From NCBI GenBank assembly GCA_964016885.1, contig CAXHJY010000514.1:197954-261953 (forward strand): a stretch of 64,000 nt of DNA, given 5' to 3'. Numbering within the stretch: position 1 is the stretch's first letter; the number at the start of each line of letters is the position of its first letter. A model generated the notes under the pieces. It was not told where the DNA came from. It made no database searches and saw only the letters and a program-made list of their open reading frames with translations. The position numbers and the translations under genes are program-made. Positions 13,330-27,960 of the stretch are shown here, piece after piece. This DNA comes from Eledone cirrhosa (taxonomy: Eukaryota).

Positions 13330-15249
13330 ATGGACGACTAACAGTCACAAATTCCTCACAAACTAACATCTCACACAGACACCACCATTGTAAACATTAC
13401 TACGTTTGCCAACACTAAAAATATAAGCAGTAGCAATAATTTAAATTTGTCTCATGCAGACATTCATTTCCCGCCATTACCAATGACTGCAGGTGTTGAA
13501 ACCGCCACCACCACCATCACCACAGCGACAACAGAAACAAAAGAAAAAAATAAATGATCTCGTGACATCGAAATAGATTCACCCAGAATGAACTCTTCCA
13601 CACCGAACACAACTGAATCCACCAGAACCACAACTGAAACTAAAAATAACAATAACAAAAATAACGATAACAACAACAGCAACAACAACAATGAGAATAA
13701 GAAAACCACCCTGTCTTTTGCCAGAGTAGCAAAAAAGTGCTAAGCAATCCAGGTAACTCAGGAGGAATTAGATGAAGCCAAGAGAATGGTAAAGAAAGAT
13801 GGATACAGGGTCAGCCTCACCCCCACCTAATAAAATGGAGCATCGGCGCCTATTCATCGTGTCTTATCCGACGATTAACATAAAATCGCGCCGAGCGGAA
13901 CGGGCATCCGAGTCCCAAATCCAAAAAGCTTTGGGACATGTGTGGGCAACAAAGACCCACATCAGACGTGGGCAGAAATATGGAGCCGTGGACGTGTACT
14001 TTAGAACACCACAAGAGGCCAGAGAACACTCCATGTCCCCATTAAGAAGTGACGACTTCACACTCGTCCCAAGCTATTGTGTCCAGAGACTCGTGAAGAT
14101 CAGGGTGACCCACGTTCCACCAGCCATCGAAATTCCCTGGCTAATGGCTGCCGTCCTAGTCGGCATCGAGGCCAACACCAAGATAATCGAAATAGCGAAA
14201 GAAAAGTAGGATAACTGGTCCGGATCTGGGATGGAGCTCCTGATCCAAGCGGACTAGAAAAGTATTGAGGAGATCCCAGAGGTAATAGACCTAACTGACG
14301 GCAGCCACCTCACCGTAATCGTCGAGGGCAGAAGACCTAGGAGTGTCGTTTGTGGTGAAGGAACCCACCTAAGGGCTTTCTGCCCTCAGGCTAAAAGGTT
14401 GAGGCCACCTCTCTTACCCACCCAGTGACTCAACCATCAACACCACCAGCAGCAGAAATGGCAGCAACAACTGTAGCAGCAACAACAGAAGCAACTGTAA
14501 CAGCAACAACCCCAGCAACAGTAGCAAAACCAACACCACCACTACCCAACGCGACAGAACTAGCACCAGCGCCTACACCATCCACCACGACACAACCAAA
14601 ACCAACGCCTGTGGAGGAATTTCCATTCCACGACCTATCGCAACTGGAGACAGATTGTGACGACGAGGAGTGAGAAACGGTATCAGGAAAAAAGAAAAAA
14701 AAGAAAAAGAAACCAAAAAGAAAAAATCCACTTCCTTCTCCCTCCAAAAATGAAATACAGAGGGAAACAAATAAACTATCAAACAAAAAAGTTAGGACAG
14801 ATATGCCACCATCCACACCAGAATCACCAACCCCATCACCACAAACACCAACACCATCATTAACCCCAACACCACCATCACAACACCACAAAAGTCACCA
14901 AAAAAGCGAAACAGAAACAAACCCACAAACAAAACAAAACAACCAAAACGATACACACTACACAACATTAAATTTGAACAACAACCAATTATTACACTAC
15001 ATCCAACACAACACCAGCATCACAGAAAAAGAGTGCATAACAACCCAAAAGTTCACACCACCTCCACACATACAAATAACTCGCATCACACGGAAAACGT
15101 ACACGACACTAAAACAAAAATTCCCCAAAGACATCGGAGACTTACGACAAACACTCTCCAGGAGGATTTATAAAGACATCCTTCCGGAGGAGGCCACTTG
15201 CAGTGAAAAGGATGGACAAACCATCCTTCCTCTACGAGAAGTAAGGTAA
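13330..15249 (+). pseudogene. Tx1-like ORF1 remnant
   Basis: SFARVA motif, RRM-like segment 13799-14209, decayed zinc knuckle EGRRPRSVVCGEGTHLRAFCP at ~14325-14385, and Pro/Thr-rich and Lys-rich tracts. Several stops; start approximate. Confidence 0.7.
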
Positions 15250-15283
15250 GTGGTCTTTCCCATCTTTTCCACTCCATTTCAAC

Positions 15284-18200
15284 ATGACCTCACTCAGAAT
15301 AGGCAGCAAAAATGCGCGTGGCTTGGGGTCGTCATGGAAGCAGGGCCACCTGCTCAACGACCTCAGGTCACTAAACATAGATGTAGTGGCCATTAGCGAA
15401 ACCGGAATCTCCGAAGCACAGGCTTTCGCACCGATCTTCGGCGGCTACGATGTGTACGCATCTCCCAGCCGTCCGGGATCGGGGGGAGGAGTTGCTGTGC
15501 TTTTTCGGAGAGGTTTGGATCTCGCCTTACGGGCCATCTTCCTGGACCCAGAAGGTAAGTTGGTGGTGCTAGACAGGACCAGCGGAGACGGGCAAGCTTT
15601 CAGACTAGTGGCCGTGTATGCTCCAACGGGAGCAGGGCGGCCTGATTTCTTCCGGCGTCTGGAGAGCTTTTTTGGAACGTCCTGCGCTTTAGTGTTAGTG
15701 GGCGACTGGAACAGGATCTTAGATGCACGCTGGGACTGTGTGGGATTAGCGGATAGGGGAGGAGGGTGCAAGAGCCTCGCCAACCTGCTCAGGTGTTTTG
15801 AACTGTCTGACAGGTACCGATTGGATTGCCCGAATGTGTCAATGTGGACTTGGACAAATGGCATAGGGTCATTCAGATCATATCTAGATAGAGTATTTTG
15901 TAGGGAAATAGATAGGTCTAGCATAGGGTGTCCACAATTCAAGATAGTCAGTTACACGGACCACAAATTCGTGATCTGTGTGCTTGATTTAGATAGGCTT
16001 CATAGACGAGGACTCGGCTACTGGAAGCTAAACGCGTCCTTACCAGCGCGCAAGGCCTACAGAGACCGGATTAGCGAACTAGTTAAGCGGGCGTTGACGG
16101 GGGCCATCGTCAACAACAAGTGGTGGTTTGCTCTGAAAAGAGCAATTAGAATAGAGTCCATTAGGTTTAGTAAGGCTTTAGCAATAGAGAAAAATAGAGC
16201 AGAGGGAGAATTAGTTAGAAAATTAGACGAGGCGCTTAGCAAAGGCATCGCGACCGACGTACTTGCGGCAAAATTGGCCCTTGACCAATTCTTCAATGCA
16301 AAGCACGAAGGCTGCGTTGTCAGAGCTAGGGTGCGTGCTCTCAGACACGAGGGAACGAAAGCCGTTCAATGGGCCCGAGTGGCGGAGGCGCGTCGTGGCA
16401 ACAAAGCCACGATCCGGTCTTTGGTGGACTACGACGGGCGCATGCTACTCGATCCCGGGCAAATGTGTGAAGCTTTTTAGCGACACTTCGCACAGCTTTT
16501 CGGGGGCAGCGGCGGGCTTGATCGAGGGATGGACGTTAGTGTCTACCTCAACGGACTGCCGCGGCTCTCGGCCACTGAAGCAGAGTGTTGCGAAAAGCCG
16601 ATAACAGCCGCTGAAGTACGGGAGGCAATGACTGGCTGCACAAGGGGTAAGTCACCTGGTTTGGATGGTCTGCCCTATGAACTTTGCGTACAGATGCCAG
16701 ACTTGTTCGGAGGCCTCTTGGCGGACGTCTACTGCAACTGGTAACAGAATGGGAGAATTCCCTGCCCTGTGAGTTAAGGAGTTGTGGCGCTGCTGATAAA
16801 GGATCAGAACAAGGGGGATAACATAGATAATTCCAGGCCCATAACTCTGCTAAACAACATAAAGTTCAACATTTTGGCCAAGGTGCTAGCAAAGAGGTTG
16901 GTGCTTGTCGTTGGTGGTCTGGTGGGAGAGGCACAGACATGCGCCATTTCCGACAGATCCATCCACGACAACCTCCACCTCATGCGATACATCGTAGAGA
17001 GGGTAGCTAGGGAACCTGGCACGGGTGGGTCCTTGATCAAATTAGATCAGTCGAAAGCTTTTGATAGGGTCGACCATCGTTACCTAGCGGCAGTCCTGAG
17101 GGCGGCTGGCTTTGTGCCTGTCTTCAGAGGCTGGATCGCTGCCATGCACAGCGACATCTGCTCTGTGGTGAGAGTGAAAGGTCACCTTTCGGAACCGTTC
17201 AACATCATGCGCTCAGTCCGTCAAGGATGTCCCCTCTCGTCGCTCTTGTAAGTATTGACTCACGAACCAATACTGCACAAACTGGAGACATTGAGGGGGG
17301 TCCCGCACGAACTAGGATGCGGAAGATCCGTGTCAGCATATGCGGACGATGTCACCGTAGTGGTGGCGAACGCCAAACACATCGAGGCGATCGGCACTAC
17401 ACTAAGAGAATACGAAGCGGTGACAGGAGCAATGATCAACAAGGAAAAGTCAGTGGGCCTGCAACTCGGCACCTGAAGAGGCAGGTCCATGCCGTCCAAC
17501 AGCGTCGTCGGGCGCTGGACTGACAGACCGGTTAAATTGCTAGGGTCTGGTTCGGTCCGGACCTCCAGACGGACAAAAACTGGGACGAGGTGACGAGCAG
17601 GGTGGCTTCTCTCACCCAGAAATGGGCGGAGGGGAAGCTATCCCTGAAAGGTCGAGCGGAGGTGGCTAACGCGTATATCGCGTCCGTCATCTACTACCGC
17701 CTGTCCGTCGTACCTTGTCCTAAGCCCCGCCTGACTGCGCTGGAGCGTTTGCTCTTTCGCTTTTTGTGGAAGGGACGCGCTCTGATGGTCAGGCGGTCCA
17801 TCTGCTGTCAACACCCGCTACGTGGAGGGCTGGGCCTGCCGTGGCTGATGATACGCAGACACGCGCTCAGGCTACAACATCTCCACCTCTTCCTCGACGT
17901 TGATCAGGTGTGGTCGCCGTTTGCTAGACACGTCTTTCCCCAGCTCGTCTCCTTGACGGAGCTGCAGTCCTGGGTCAAGCGAAGTCCGAGAGGGAGCGCT
18001 TGCAGACTTTCATGTCTTCAGGCGCTCACAGCCCTCGACCAATCGGGCAATGTGAACGGTGGAAACTCCACCTTGGCCTTCTATAGAGAATTAGTGGAGG
18101 GGAAGAGCGAGTACGTACTTGGAGAAACTCTAGGCGTCGACGAAAATCAACTAGCCAATCTCTTCGGAAGGACTTTTTTGGCCGGGGCCTGTGGACAACT

Positions 18201-18590
18201 TCCAGAAATCCCTGACCTGGCAGTGCTACCGAGGAGCTTTGCGAGTTCGGGATAAACTCTAGAGGCATGGAGGTGCCGTCAGCCGGCATGTCCGAGATGC
18301 GCGCAGGGTGACGAAACCGTCCTTCACGCACTAGTCCAGTGTCCGAGCATTGCTGACTTGTGGGTTTATGTCGAACACCTGCTGTGGGTTTATGTCGAAC
18401 ACCTGCTGTCACGTGTAGGACGGATCCAGCTGAGTCCATCGTGAGGATTGCCCCGCCTTCTTCCTTTAGCCGGGAAGGGCAGGCAGTTTTTATCTGTCTG
18501 GTGGCCATGGCGAAAGAGATAGTATGGTGGACACGTTTGAAAGGGAAAATCAGGATAGAGAGCATTTTGTTGAAAGATGGGTGAGAGAAG
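15284..18590 (+). pseudogene. Tx1-like ORF2: AP endonuclease + reverse transcriptase + C-terminal Cys/His remnant
   Basis: NARGL, VYAP, GDWN, YLDRVF, TDHK, YWKLN; GKSPGLDGLPYE, RPITLLN, LDQSKAFDRVDH, SVRQGCPLS, AYADDV. Multiple stops and frameshifts. Confidence 0.92.
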
Positions 18591-18876
18591 CAAGTATGGC
18601 TCTGAGTATGTGTCTGTAAATTAAAGGTGGAAAACTGGGAGAGGGCACTTGCCTTGGTGGTCAGGGTCACTGTGGCCTTTTAATGGGCTTTCTCCACAAA
18701 TGTCCTTCGGGAGTCTCCCCCCCCCACACACACACCCTATTGGGGAATTTTTCATTGTTATTTTTATTACATCCTCTGTTTTTTTACACGCAGAAATGCC
18801 CATTTGTACCGTCCTGTATTGTCCTGCACTGTCCTTAATGTCTACTTTATGTAAACCCTTGTGGTTAATAAAGAAA

Positions 18877-18916
<40 letters not shown>

Positions 18917-18917
18917 A

Positions 18918-19098
18918 GGGCGGTGGATTAGCAGTATCGGTAGAGCGTCAGACGCCTTGCTTTGCAGCAAAGAGTTACGGCCCTTTATGATCTGAGTTCA
19001 ATCCCGCTGAGGTTAACTTTGCCTTTCATCCTTCCGGGCTTGACTTAATCGACTTTCCCCTCCCGAAAAATTGCTGGCCTTGTGCCTATATAAGAAAC

Positions 19099-19132
<34 letters not shown>

Positions 19133-19256
19133 AGGATGAAAGGCAAAGTCAAATCCCGCCGAGGTTAACTTTGCCTTTCATCCTTCCGGGGTCGATAAAA
19201 TAAAGTACCAGTAATGCACTGGTAATTGCTGGCCTTGTGCCAAAAGTAGAAACAAT
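18918..19256 (+). mobile_element. SINE family A copy with (TTA)n tail, followed by a second rearranged partial copy
   Basis: gggcggtggattagcagtatcggtag...gagttcaatccc...gcctttcatcc. A second core at 19133-19256 begins with a short inverted segment. Confidence 0.85.
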
Positions 19257-19950
19257 TATTATTATTATTATTTGAGGACACATTTTAAGAGAACAAAAAT
19301 ATAATCTGAGTTTTGCATTGTCAAGTAGGTTGCTAAAGAGAGAAATATATAGACAAACTTACATTTGATATATTGATGTATAAGGACGTTCTCTATTTCT
19401 ATTTCAGTCTTGCATTAGCTGCAGACTATGAATAGATACAATAGATTGATTTTGTTCCATACAAAAATGTTTTTTCAAGAAGAACTTTTTTCTATGGTTT
19501 TCTTTTCCTATACTTGAAGTTTTATATCATGGTAGGCTTTAAAGAAAAACATGTCTAACAATCACTAGTTGATCAGCCCAAGTGTAAAGAAAAAAAAAGC
19601 ATTGCTGAATATAGACAAAAAAAGAAGACCCACATAACTTTCTTATATTAATAATTAATAACAGTTGATTTAACATTTATAAACTAACAGTTGTAAGCTG
19701 TCTTGTGAATGACTGATTTATGGTTATTTTCAGAGGCCTGAAAATTTGTAAATGGTAGGGAGAAATGAGAAGATAGTGATTTATTGAATTTCTCAGACAA
19801 ACGAAAATACTGAGTACATATGTGGAAATGTATACCGTCATTTGTTAGAGACTGGAAACAAATCTATTATATATATATATATATATATAGTTAGAGAACG
19901 GTCGTAAATACCTGGATTAAATCCTTCTCTTAATGCTTACCTGTGTTTTC

Positions 19951-20015
<65 letters not shown>

Positions 20016-20051
20016 ATATATATATATATATAAAATGTATATATATATAAA

Positions 20052-20090
<39 letters not shown>

Positions 20091-20346
20091 AAACGTGTAT
20101 ATATATATATATATAAAATGTATATGAATGTATATAAATATATATGTATATAATAAATGTATATATATATATATATAAGGAAAAAAGATGAAATCGAAAA
20201 TGCAATTGGAGTCTTTTTTTTCTTTTAATATATTTATTTGGTTTCTTTACTGGTATTGCAGTTCTTTTGCTTTTCAAAAGTAGGATTGAGATGGAGGGTT
20301 TGTGGTTTTTCTCACATCATATATATATATATATATATGTATATAG

Positions 20347-21710
20347 ATGAAAATGGCAGAAATGATATTAGCACAACTAATTAGAGAAAATGTCAAACTA
20401 GATGAGATGCAGTTTGGTTTTTGTGCCTGGGAAGAGTGCAACAGATACCATTTCTTGGTGAGACAATTACAAGAGGTTCTTAAATAAGCCACTATACTAA
20501 GTTTTTGTTGACCTAGAGAAGGCCTTTGCTGGATACCCCAATCTGTCATCTGGTGGTCCCTAAGGAAACTAGGTGTTGAGGAATGGCTTGTGCGGACAGT
20601 AAAGTTGGGGTAGGAATGGAGTTTACTGAGGAATTCCAGATACAAGTGGGAGAACATCAAGGTTCGGTCCTCAGAGGATATTAGTACTACAAGCCATAAC
20701 AGAGGAGTTTCAGACTGGCTGTCCATGGGAACTTCTCTATGCTGACGATCTGGTTCTTATAGCAGAATCAGTAGAGGAGCTAGAGAATAAATTCAGGTTA
20801 TGGAAACAGCAGTTGGAAGCAAGAGTATTGAGAGTGAACCTAGCTAAGAGAAAAATGTTGATGAGTAGAAAAGAGGACAAAACTCTGATACCGTCAGGGA
20901 AATGGCCATGTTCGATATGCAGAAAAGGAACTGGCATAAATTCTATGAAAGGCACACAATGCAGATCCTGGGTACACTAAAGCTGTAGTGGGATAGCAGG
21001 CAAACTAACAGGTAGGGAGAAATACGTATGCAGTAGATGTACAGGGAAATTAGACAGTAGAAGTTGCATTGATAGACACATTTTTCAAATACAAGCGAGT
21101 GCTATAAAAGTGGTAGATAGCTTCCGGTACCTAGATCAGATTAGCATGGAGGAGGGTGTTCCGAGGTCATTTTATCTAGAGTAAGGACGGGTTGGAAAAC
21201 GTTTAGGGTGCTGCTACCTCTGCTGACGAAGAAGGATTTCTCCCTGCGTACGAAAAGGCTGTTATATGATGCCTGTGTGAGGACGCGATGCTGCATGGTA
21301 GTGAGACATGGGCAGCAACTGCAGAGGATATGCGACAACGGGAGAGAAATGAGGCAAGCATGCTCCGTTGGATGTGCAATGTCAATGTGCGTGAACGACC
21401 AAGCATAAATGTGTTGAGAGAGAAACTCTCTCTGAGAGGGATAGAATGTAGTGTGCGAGAGAGGAGACTGAGGTGGTATGGACTTGTGATGCGCATGGAG
21501 GATGTGCCAGGAAATGCCAGTTGAAGGAAGACATGGAAGAAGAAGACCACGAAAAACATGCACGGAGATGGTGAGAACAGACCTCAGATCGCTGAAGCTC
21601 ACGGTGGAGATGATGAAGGACCGTGACGAGTGGAGAGATGCTGTGCTGAATAACACCCGTCCCACCCTTGCAAGCAGGGAAAAGTGGACGTAAAATGATG
21701 ATGATGATGA
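20347..21710 (+). mobile_element. 5'-truncated, decayed RTE LINE
   Basis: [40 protein letters not shown] and a (GAT)n tail. (TA)n lies on both sides. Confidence 0.9.
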
Positions 21711-21713
21711 TAG

Positions 21714-22758
<1,045 letters not shown>

Positions 22759-24363
22759 CAGTGCCCCGCAAAAGTTTACAACACATTAGGAAAAATGCGG
22801 TTTTAGGTATTTTTAATAAAGTTAGGGTAATGAAAATTTAACTACCGATAGAACATATAATGAGGCATTTAATGATACAATCATAGTTTTAAAAAAATGA
22901 CAAGGAAATAACTCATGAAGAAAAATCAATATTTTTATAACGCAAAAGTTTACAACACATTTATTAAATGATCTCTTAATATTTCGTAGCGTAACCTGTC
23001 TTGCTAATTACAGCCTGTAGGGCGTTTGGAGAAGCCTCCTACAAACTTCTTACATGTTTCTTGGCTTATATTTATCCATTCTTCACAACAAATTTTCTTT
23101 AGTTCAGGGATATTTTGTGGTTTCCTTTTTTGAATTGTCTCCACAAATTTTCGATCGGGTTAAGATCTGGCAAGACTGACATGGTCATTTTAGAACATTT
23201 ATTCCATTCGTACTTAACCAAGATTGTGTTAGCTTTGCAGTATGCTTTGGATTGTTATCTTGTTGAAAAAACCAACCTGGCTTTAAGCTGAGAGAATGTG
23301 CTCTTTGATGTAAATTCCTTTGGAAAATACCTCTATAATAAGTGCCACCCATTCTTCCTTCTATTATTTCAATATTTCCTACTCCTGTGGCACTAAAGCA
23401 ACCCCAGACCATGATTGATCCACCTCCAAATTTTACAGTTGGAATAGTATTCTTCACCGAATATTCAGTACCTTTTTTTCTCCAGACTTTTGCCACAGCA
23501 TTTCGACCAAAATGTTCAATTTTTGTTTCGTCCGACTAAAGTACATCTTCCCAAAATGACGCAGATTTGATGAGATGCTCATGTGCAAAGTTTAATCGAT
23601 GAAGAACGTGTTTCCTCGTAAGAAGTGGTGTTTTCCTTGGAGACCTCGAGAAGATATTATATCGATGTAGTGAACGACTAATTGTATCTGTGCTCACTTT
23701 TACTCCGCTTTCTTCTAGGTCATCCTGAAGATTTTTAAGAGTACACCGGGGTTCGTTGCCAACCTTTCTCGACAATAGCTGAGTTGCACGTTCCGTTATC
23801 TTTCTTGGACAACCAGAACTAATTAGAGGACAGATGGAATGATGAGATTTCCAGTGACGAATTATTCTACCAACTGAACTCAATGGCACATTTAACTGAC
23901 AAGATATCTTTCTATAACCAACACCATTTGTATGAAGGTCTACAATGCGTTTACAGAGGTCTTGATCAATCAGTTTATTTTTCCCCATATTGTCCATGTT
24001 TACAGGACGGTTGTCAATGTTTACAGGATGGTTGTCAGACAAATAATGATGTAATATTTTTAATAGTCCTTAGAAGTTACCTTAAACCTAATCTAGAACA
24101 TTCTACTGAATTTTAAATCTGAAAATTTAAGAATTTTCTTGAAAAAAGCGATAAATATAAAATGTGTTGTAAACTTTTGCGTTATAAAAATATTGATTTT
24201 TCTTCATGTGTTATTTCCTTGTTATTTTTTTTTAAATATGATTGTATCAGTAAATGCCTCATTATATGTTCTATCAGTAGTTAAATTTTCATTACCCTAA
24301 CTTTATTAAAAATACCTAAAACTGCATTTTTCCTAATGTGTTGTAAACTTTTGCGGGGCACTG
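22759..24363 (-). mobile_element. Tc1/mariner DNA transposon of IR/DR type
   Basis: TA|CAGTGCCCCGC...GCGGGGCACTG|TA. ~205-bp TIRs (22759-22963, 24160-24363), each with two copies of gcaaaagtttacaacacatt. Confidence 0.95.
22976..24042 (-). pseudogene. Tc1 DD34E-type transposase, disrupted
   Basis: HTH N-terminus, VL*SDETKI, GGGSIMVWGCF, QQDNNPKH, PDLNPIENLW and GYATKY*. Stops at 23536 and 23185. Confidence 0.93.
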
Positions 24364-24366
24364 TAT

Positions 24367-24872
24367 ATCATCATCATCGTTTAACGTCCATTTTCCACCC
24401 TAGCATGGGTCTGGACGGGAATTGTCCCACTTGAGGCAAGATTGGTTGTCTTGCTCGTATAGGACTGTCTGGCGTGTTTTCTACGGCTGGATGCCCTTCC
24501 TAACACCAACCACGTTTACAGTGTGGACAGGGAGGTTTCTACTGTGTTACCCACGCGGCCACATTACAGCGTGGACTGTGTGTTTTTTTGTCGTGACACC
24601 TACACGACCTCATTTATTTAGGACTGGATGTTGTGGTACCAACATAGCTTTACTTCGAAAGGGGTGGTGTAGATGGCAGTGGGGGTAGGGTTAGTGGGAC
24701 AGGGGTGTATTTTGGTTAAGAGGTGCCTACTGACTGTAGGTTTCGCTTTGTACTTAGACAAGGCGGGTCTTCTGTATTACTACGTAACGCCAAAGATCTC
24801 GGTCCAGTGACATTGTCTTGGAGAGGGGTAAGTGTGTGAGGTCGGATTTTATCAAGTCGTCCCAGTTTTTCT
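24367..24872 (-). mobile_element. RTE LINE 3' fragment abutting the Tc1 end
   Basis: [27 protein letters not shown] plus 3' UTR and (GAT)n. Confidence 0.9.
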
Positions 24873-25048
24873 GATATATATATGTGTGTGTGAATATGTA
24901 TATATATATATATATATACATGCGTGTGTGTGTATATGTATATATATATATAGGGGTGTGTATATGTATATATATATATATGTGTATATGTATACATATA
25001 TGTGTGTATATATATATATGTGTATATATATATGTGTGTGTATATATA

Positions 25049-25104
<56 letters not shown>

Positions 25105-25263
25105 AGAAATAGGATTTCGCTTCAAGCATAGCTTTATACAATATGTATAATTATTTTGTATCTCCAAGAAAATACGGTTTTAGGAAGCCGTGGCTGTGCA
25201 AACACCGGGAGGGGGGTTGGGCTAACGCCCTCTGGTGATGTCCAGCAGAAGCACGGGGGACAA

Positions 25264-25303
25264 CGTCTATGCATTTCAGGCTTAACTGGACTTCGTCAGG
25301 ACG
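25264..25303 (-). ncRNA. Minimal type I hammerhead ribozyme motif
   Basis: cgtc-CTGACGA-agtccagttaagcct-GAAAtgcATA-gacg. Stem I cgtc/gacg, palindromic ATGCAT at stem III, weak stem II. Confidence 0.55.
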
Positions 25304-25433
25304 GTCCCTCCCACCGCTTGCGACTGCTGGACAAGAAGACAGCGGAGAATATATACATTTCTCGTCTGTGTAAATGAGGTGATTAATCTATATATATATG
25401 TGTGGTGTGTGCATATGCGTGTATATATATATA

Positions 25434-25468
<35 letters not shown>

Positions 25469-25474
<6 letters not shown>

Positions 25475-26002
25475 ATACTTGGGGAGGGACATATTTGTGT
25501 AATATTGCCAGAATTAATAACAGAACACACTCACTGTTTGGTTGGTTTTCGCTTTTCGCTTCTGTGTCCTTTATATCGGTAATCTAATTTATTCGGTCCT
25601 CAATGTTGCCATTGACTGACCAACAGTCAAAAATAATACAGATACAATATAGACACAAACACATATATATAGTTTATTAAATAAATAAATAAATATATAA
25701 ACTGACTAAATAAAGATGGCGTAAACATACAATGTAACGGGAGGAAACAATAGCACCACTGACGATGTTGCAGATGTGCAACGAAAGAACTTTGATAAAC
25801 TATATATATGTGTTTGTGTCTATATTGTATCTGTATTATTTTGACCGTTGGTCAGTCAATGGCAACATTGAGGACCGAATACATTAGATTACCGATATAA
25901 AAGACACAGAATCGAAAAGCGAAAATCAACCAAACAGTGAGTGTGTTCTGTTATTAATTCTGACAATATTACACAAATATGACCCTCCCCAAGTATAACA
26001 AT
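25469..26002. mobile_element. Non-coding fold-back derivative of the PLE 3' end, with ~205-bp inverted arms and a central HHR core
   Basis: 25680-26002 matches 51230-51548, and 25469-25676 is the inverse of its distal part. CTGACGA-tgttgcagatgtgcaac-GAAA at 25759-25786. Confidence 0.85.
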
Positions 26003-26058
26003 ATTTGTTTCTGCACACGATTTCATATGAAAAACCTTGCAAAACTAATTGATCGCCG

Positions 26059-26114
<56 letters not shown>

Positions 26115-26142
26115 TTGTATATATGTATGTATAAGTGTATAC

Positions 26143-26178
<36 letters not shown>

Positions 26179-26179
<1 letters not shown>

Positions 26180-26655
26180 ATGGAATAGAATGAAACGAAA
26201 TTTCATTTCTCACTCTTAGTACGGCACATACTGAAATGTAAGTGCCGTACTAAGAGTGAGTAATTAAATTTCGTTTCATTCGATTCCATTTATCCTTTTC
26301 GGTGTGCCCGGCCGACTGAACTCACTCGATATGCAAATTAGGCTGCTCAGTCGTTAATATGCATATGGAAAGTATATACTTTCAGACGTTCAAGCATCTG
26401 GCACGAAGGTATACGATGCTGACAATAGCTAATAAGTTTGAAACTAGTACATCGTTCCTGTGTCAGTGTTGAACAAAAAGGTGATGTGATTGCCTAAACA
26501 CCGTACGGCGCAATTCGGGCTGTTTGATTGTTTACAATCAAACAAACCGAGCATTATAATATATATATATGTGTGCATGTATGTATATATATACATACTA
26601 CTGTACGTCTGTATACATATATGTATGTACGTATACGTACATACATACTTAGACA
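26179..26655 (+). mobile_element. HHR/octamer repeat family copy with terminal hairpin
   Basis: Hairpin 26179-26290, ATGCAAAT at 26331, cgatg-CTGACAA-tagctaataagttt-GAAACtaGTA-catcg at 26414-26454 (core mutated). Confidence 0.8.
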
Positions 26656-27373
26656 TATATATATATATATGTTTGTGTGTGTGTATGTATATGTTTATAT
26701 CTATCTATGCATATGTATGTTTTTAATGGAGTATCAAATATAATTATACCTCTATCTATATATGTGAATATATATACTTTTGTGATCTAAGAAAATTATG
26801 CGTTTTGACTATATGTCAACATGCATTTATCTGAGTTTGATTACTTATACATAGACACACTTTTTATGGTGCATCATACGCTATATTAGACTATATACAA
26901 TGTACCATACTGTACTATATTATATTACATTATATTATATTTTTATATTATATTTTATTATCTTATTATAATTTTCATCTTTTAATATACTATCCTTCCT
27001 CTTCATGACCAGTATTTTACCTATCTATATTTATCCTAGTTATCTCTGTATATTTCATATTTACTTATTTTTATTCACGTAAAAATTCCATACAAAACAA
27101 CTCAACATTTAATTTTTACATTCCTTTTTAAACTTCATTCCACCATCTACATTCAACTAACATATAACAATCCCTTTCTCCTCATGGGTTCTTTATAGTA
27201 ATTCTATTTTTAAGACCATTCAACCATTCCTTTCAAAAGGTCATGACCTCAACTAAAGTGAGTAATATTTCATCTTAACATATGGCAAAAGTGCATTTGA
27301 TTGGTTTGTTCTTCAGCTACCTCCAAATAAAGTCATAGAACTCAATTTACTATTGATTGAATACAATTTGCAT

Positions 27374-27506
27374 TGCTTTTGACAACGGCTGATGATATAC
27401 ATCTAGGTAAATATATTCCTGGTCTAATATTTTGTAACTAACCCTACATGGATCGATAACGAAATGTGCGTACGATGTATTATTACCTAGAAACGATCGT
27501 AAAGCA
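27374..27506 (+). ncRNA. HHR-like motif with long stem II insertion
   Basis: CTGATGA at 27389, taggtaa/ttaccta pairing, GAAACgatcGTA at 27490. Stem I register is imperfect. Confidence 0.45.
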
Positions 27507-27624
27507 GTGAAGTTTATTTCTAATGACTTGATTTTTTATTTCATTGTTTTAACTTATATATATATATAATATATAGTGACGAGACGAACATAAGTCAATT
27601 GCATGAACTCATAATCCTTTATTT

Positions 27625-27680
27625 ACTGCTATATATGTTTCGATGATAGCCATTGGATGGCTATGACCTCATCAGGCAGT
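27625..27680 (-). ncRNA. Minimal HHR motif
   Basis: actgc-CTGATGA-ggtcatagccatccaatggctatcatc-GAAACatatATA-gcagt. Confidence 0.6.
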
Positions 27681-27960
27681 TAGTCAGTTGTTAGATATGC
27701 CACCTCTGTGATTTTGGTGTTGATGGGATCAGAACATTGGGACATAAGGGCATGTTAGGGATAATTTAATGTTGTCAGCAGGAATAATTTTAATTCTCAT
27801 TGTGTATATATATATATGTATGTGTATATATATATATGTGTATGTATATGTATATATATATATATATATATATGTGTGTATATGTATATATATATATATA
27901 TATATGTATATGTATATATGTGTATTTGTATATATATGTATGTATATGTATATATATGTG

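Larger units (their letters stand above)
13112..18875 (+). mobile_element. Near full-length Tx1/L1-clade non-LTR retrotransposon, inactivated
   Basis: Gag-like ORF1 and APE-RT ORF2, AATAAA at 18866, TSD ATCATTATTATTATTATTATT at 13091-13111 and 18876-18896. Confidence 0.9.

Noticed and set aside
14430-18670. Minus-strand ORFs over the Tx1 element (and similar ones over RTE/PLE copies)
   Set aside because: Antisense shadows of TE coding frames.
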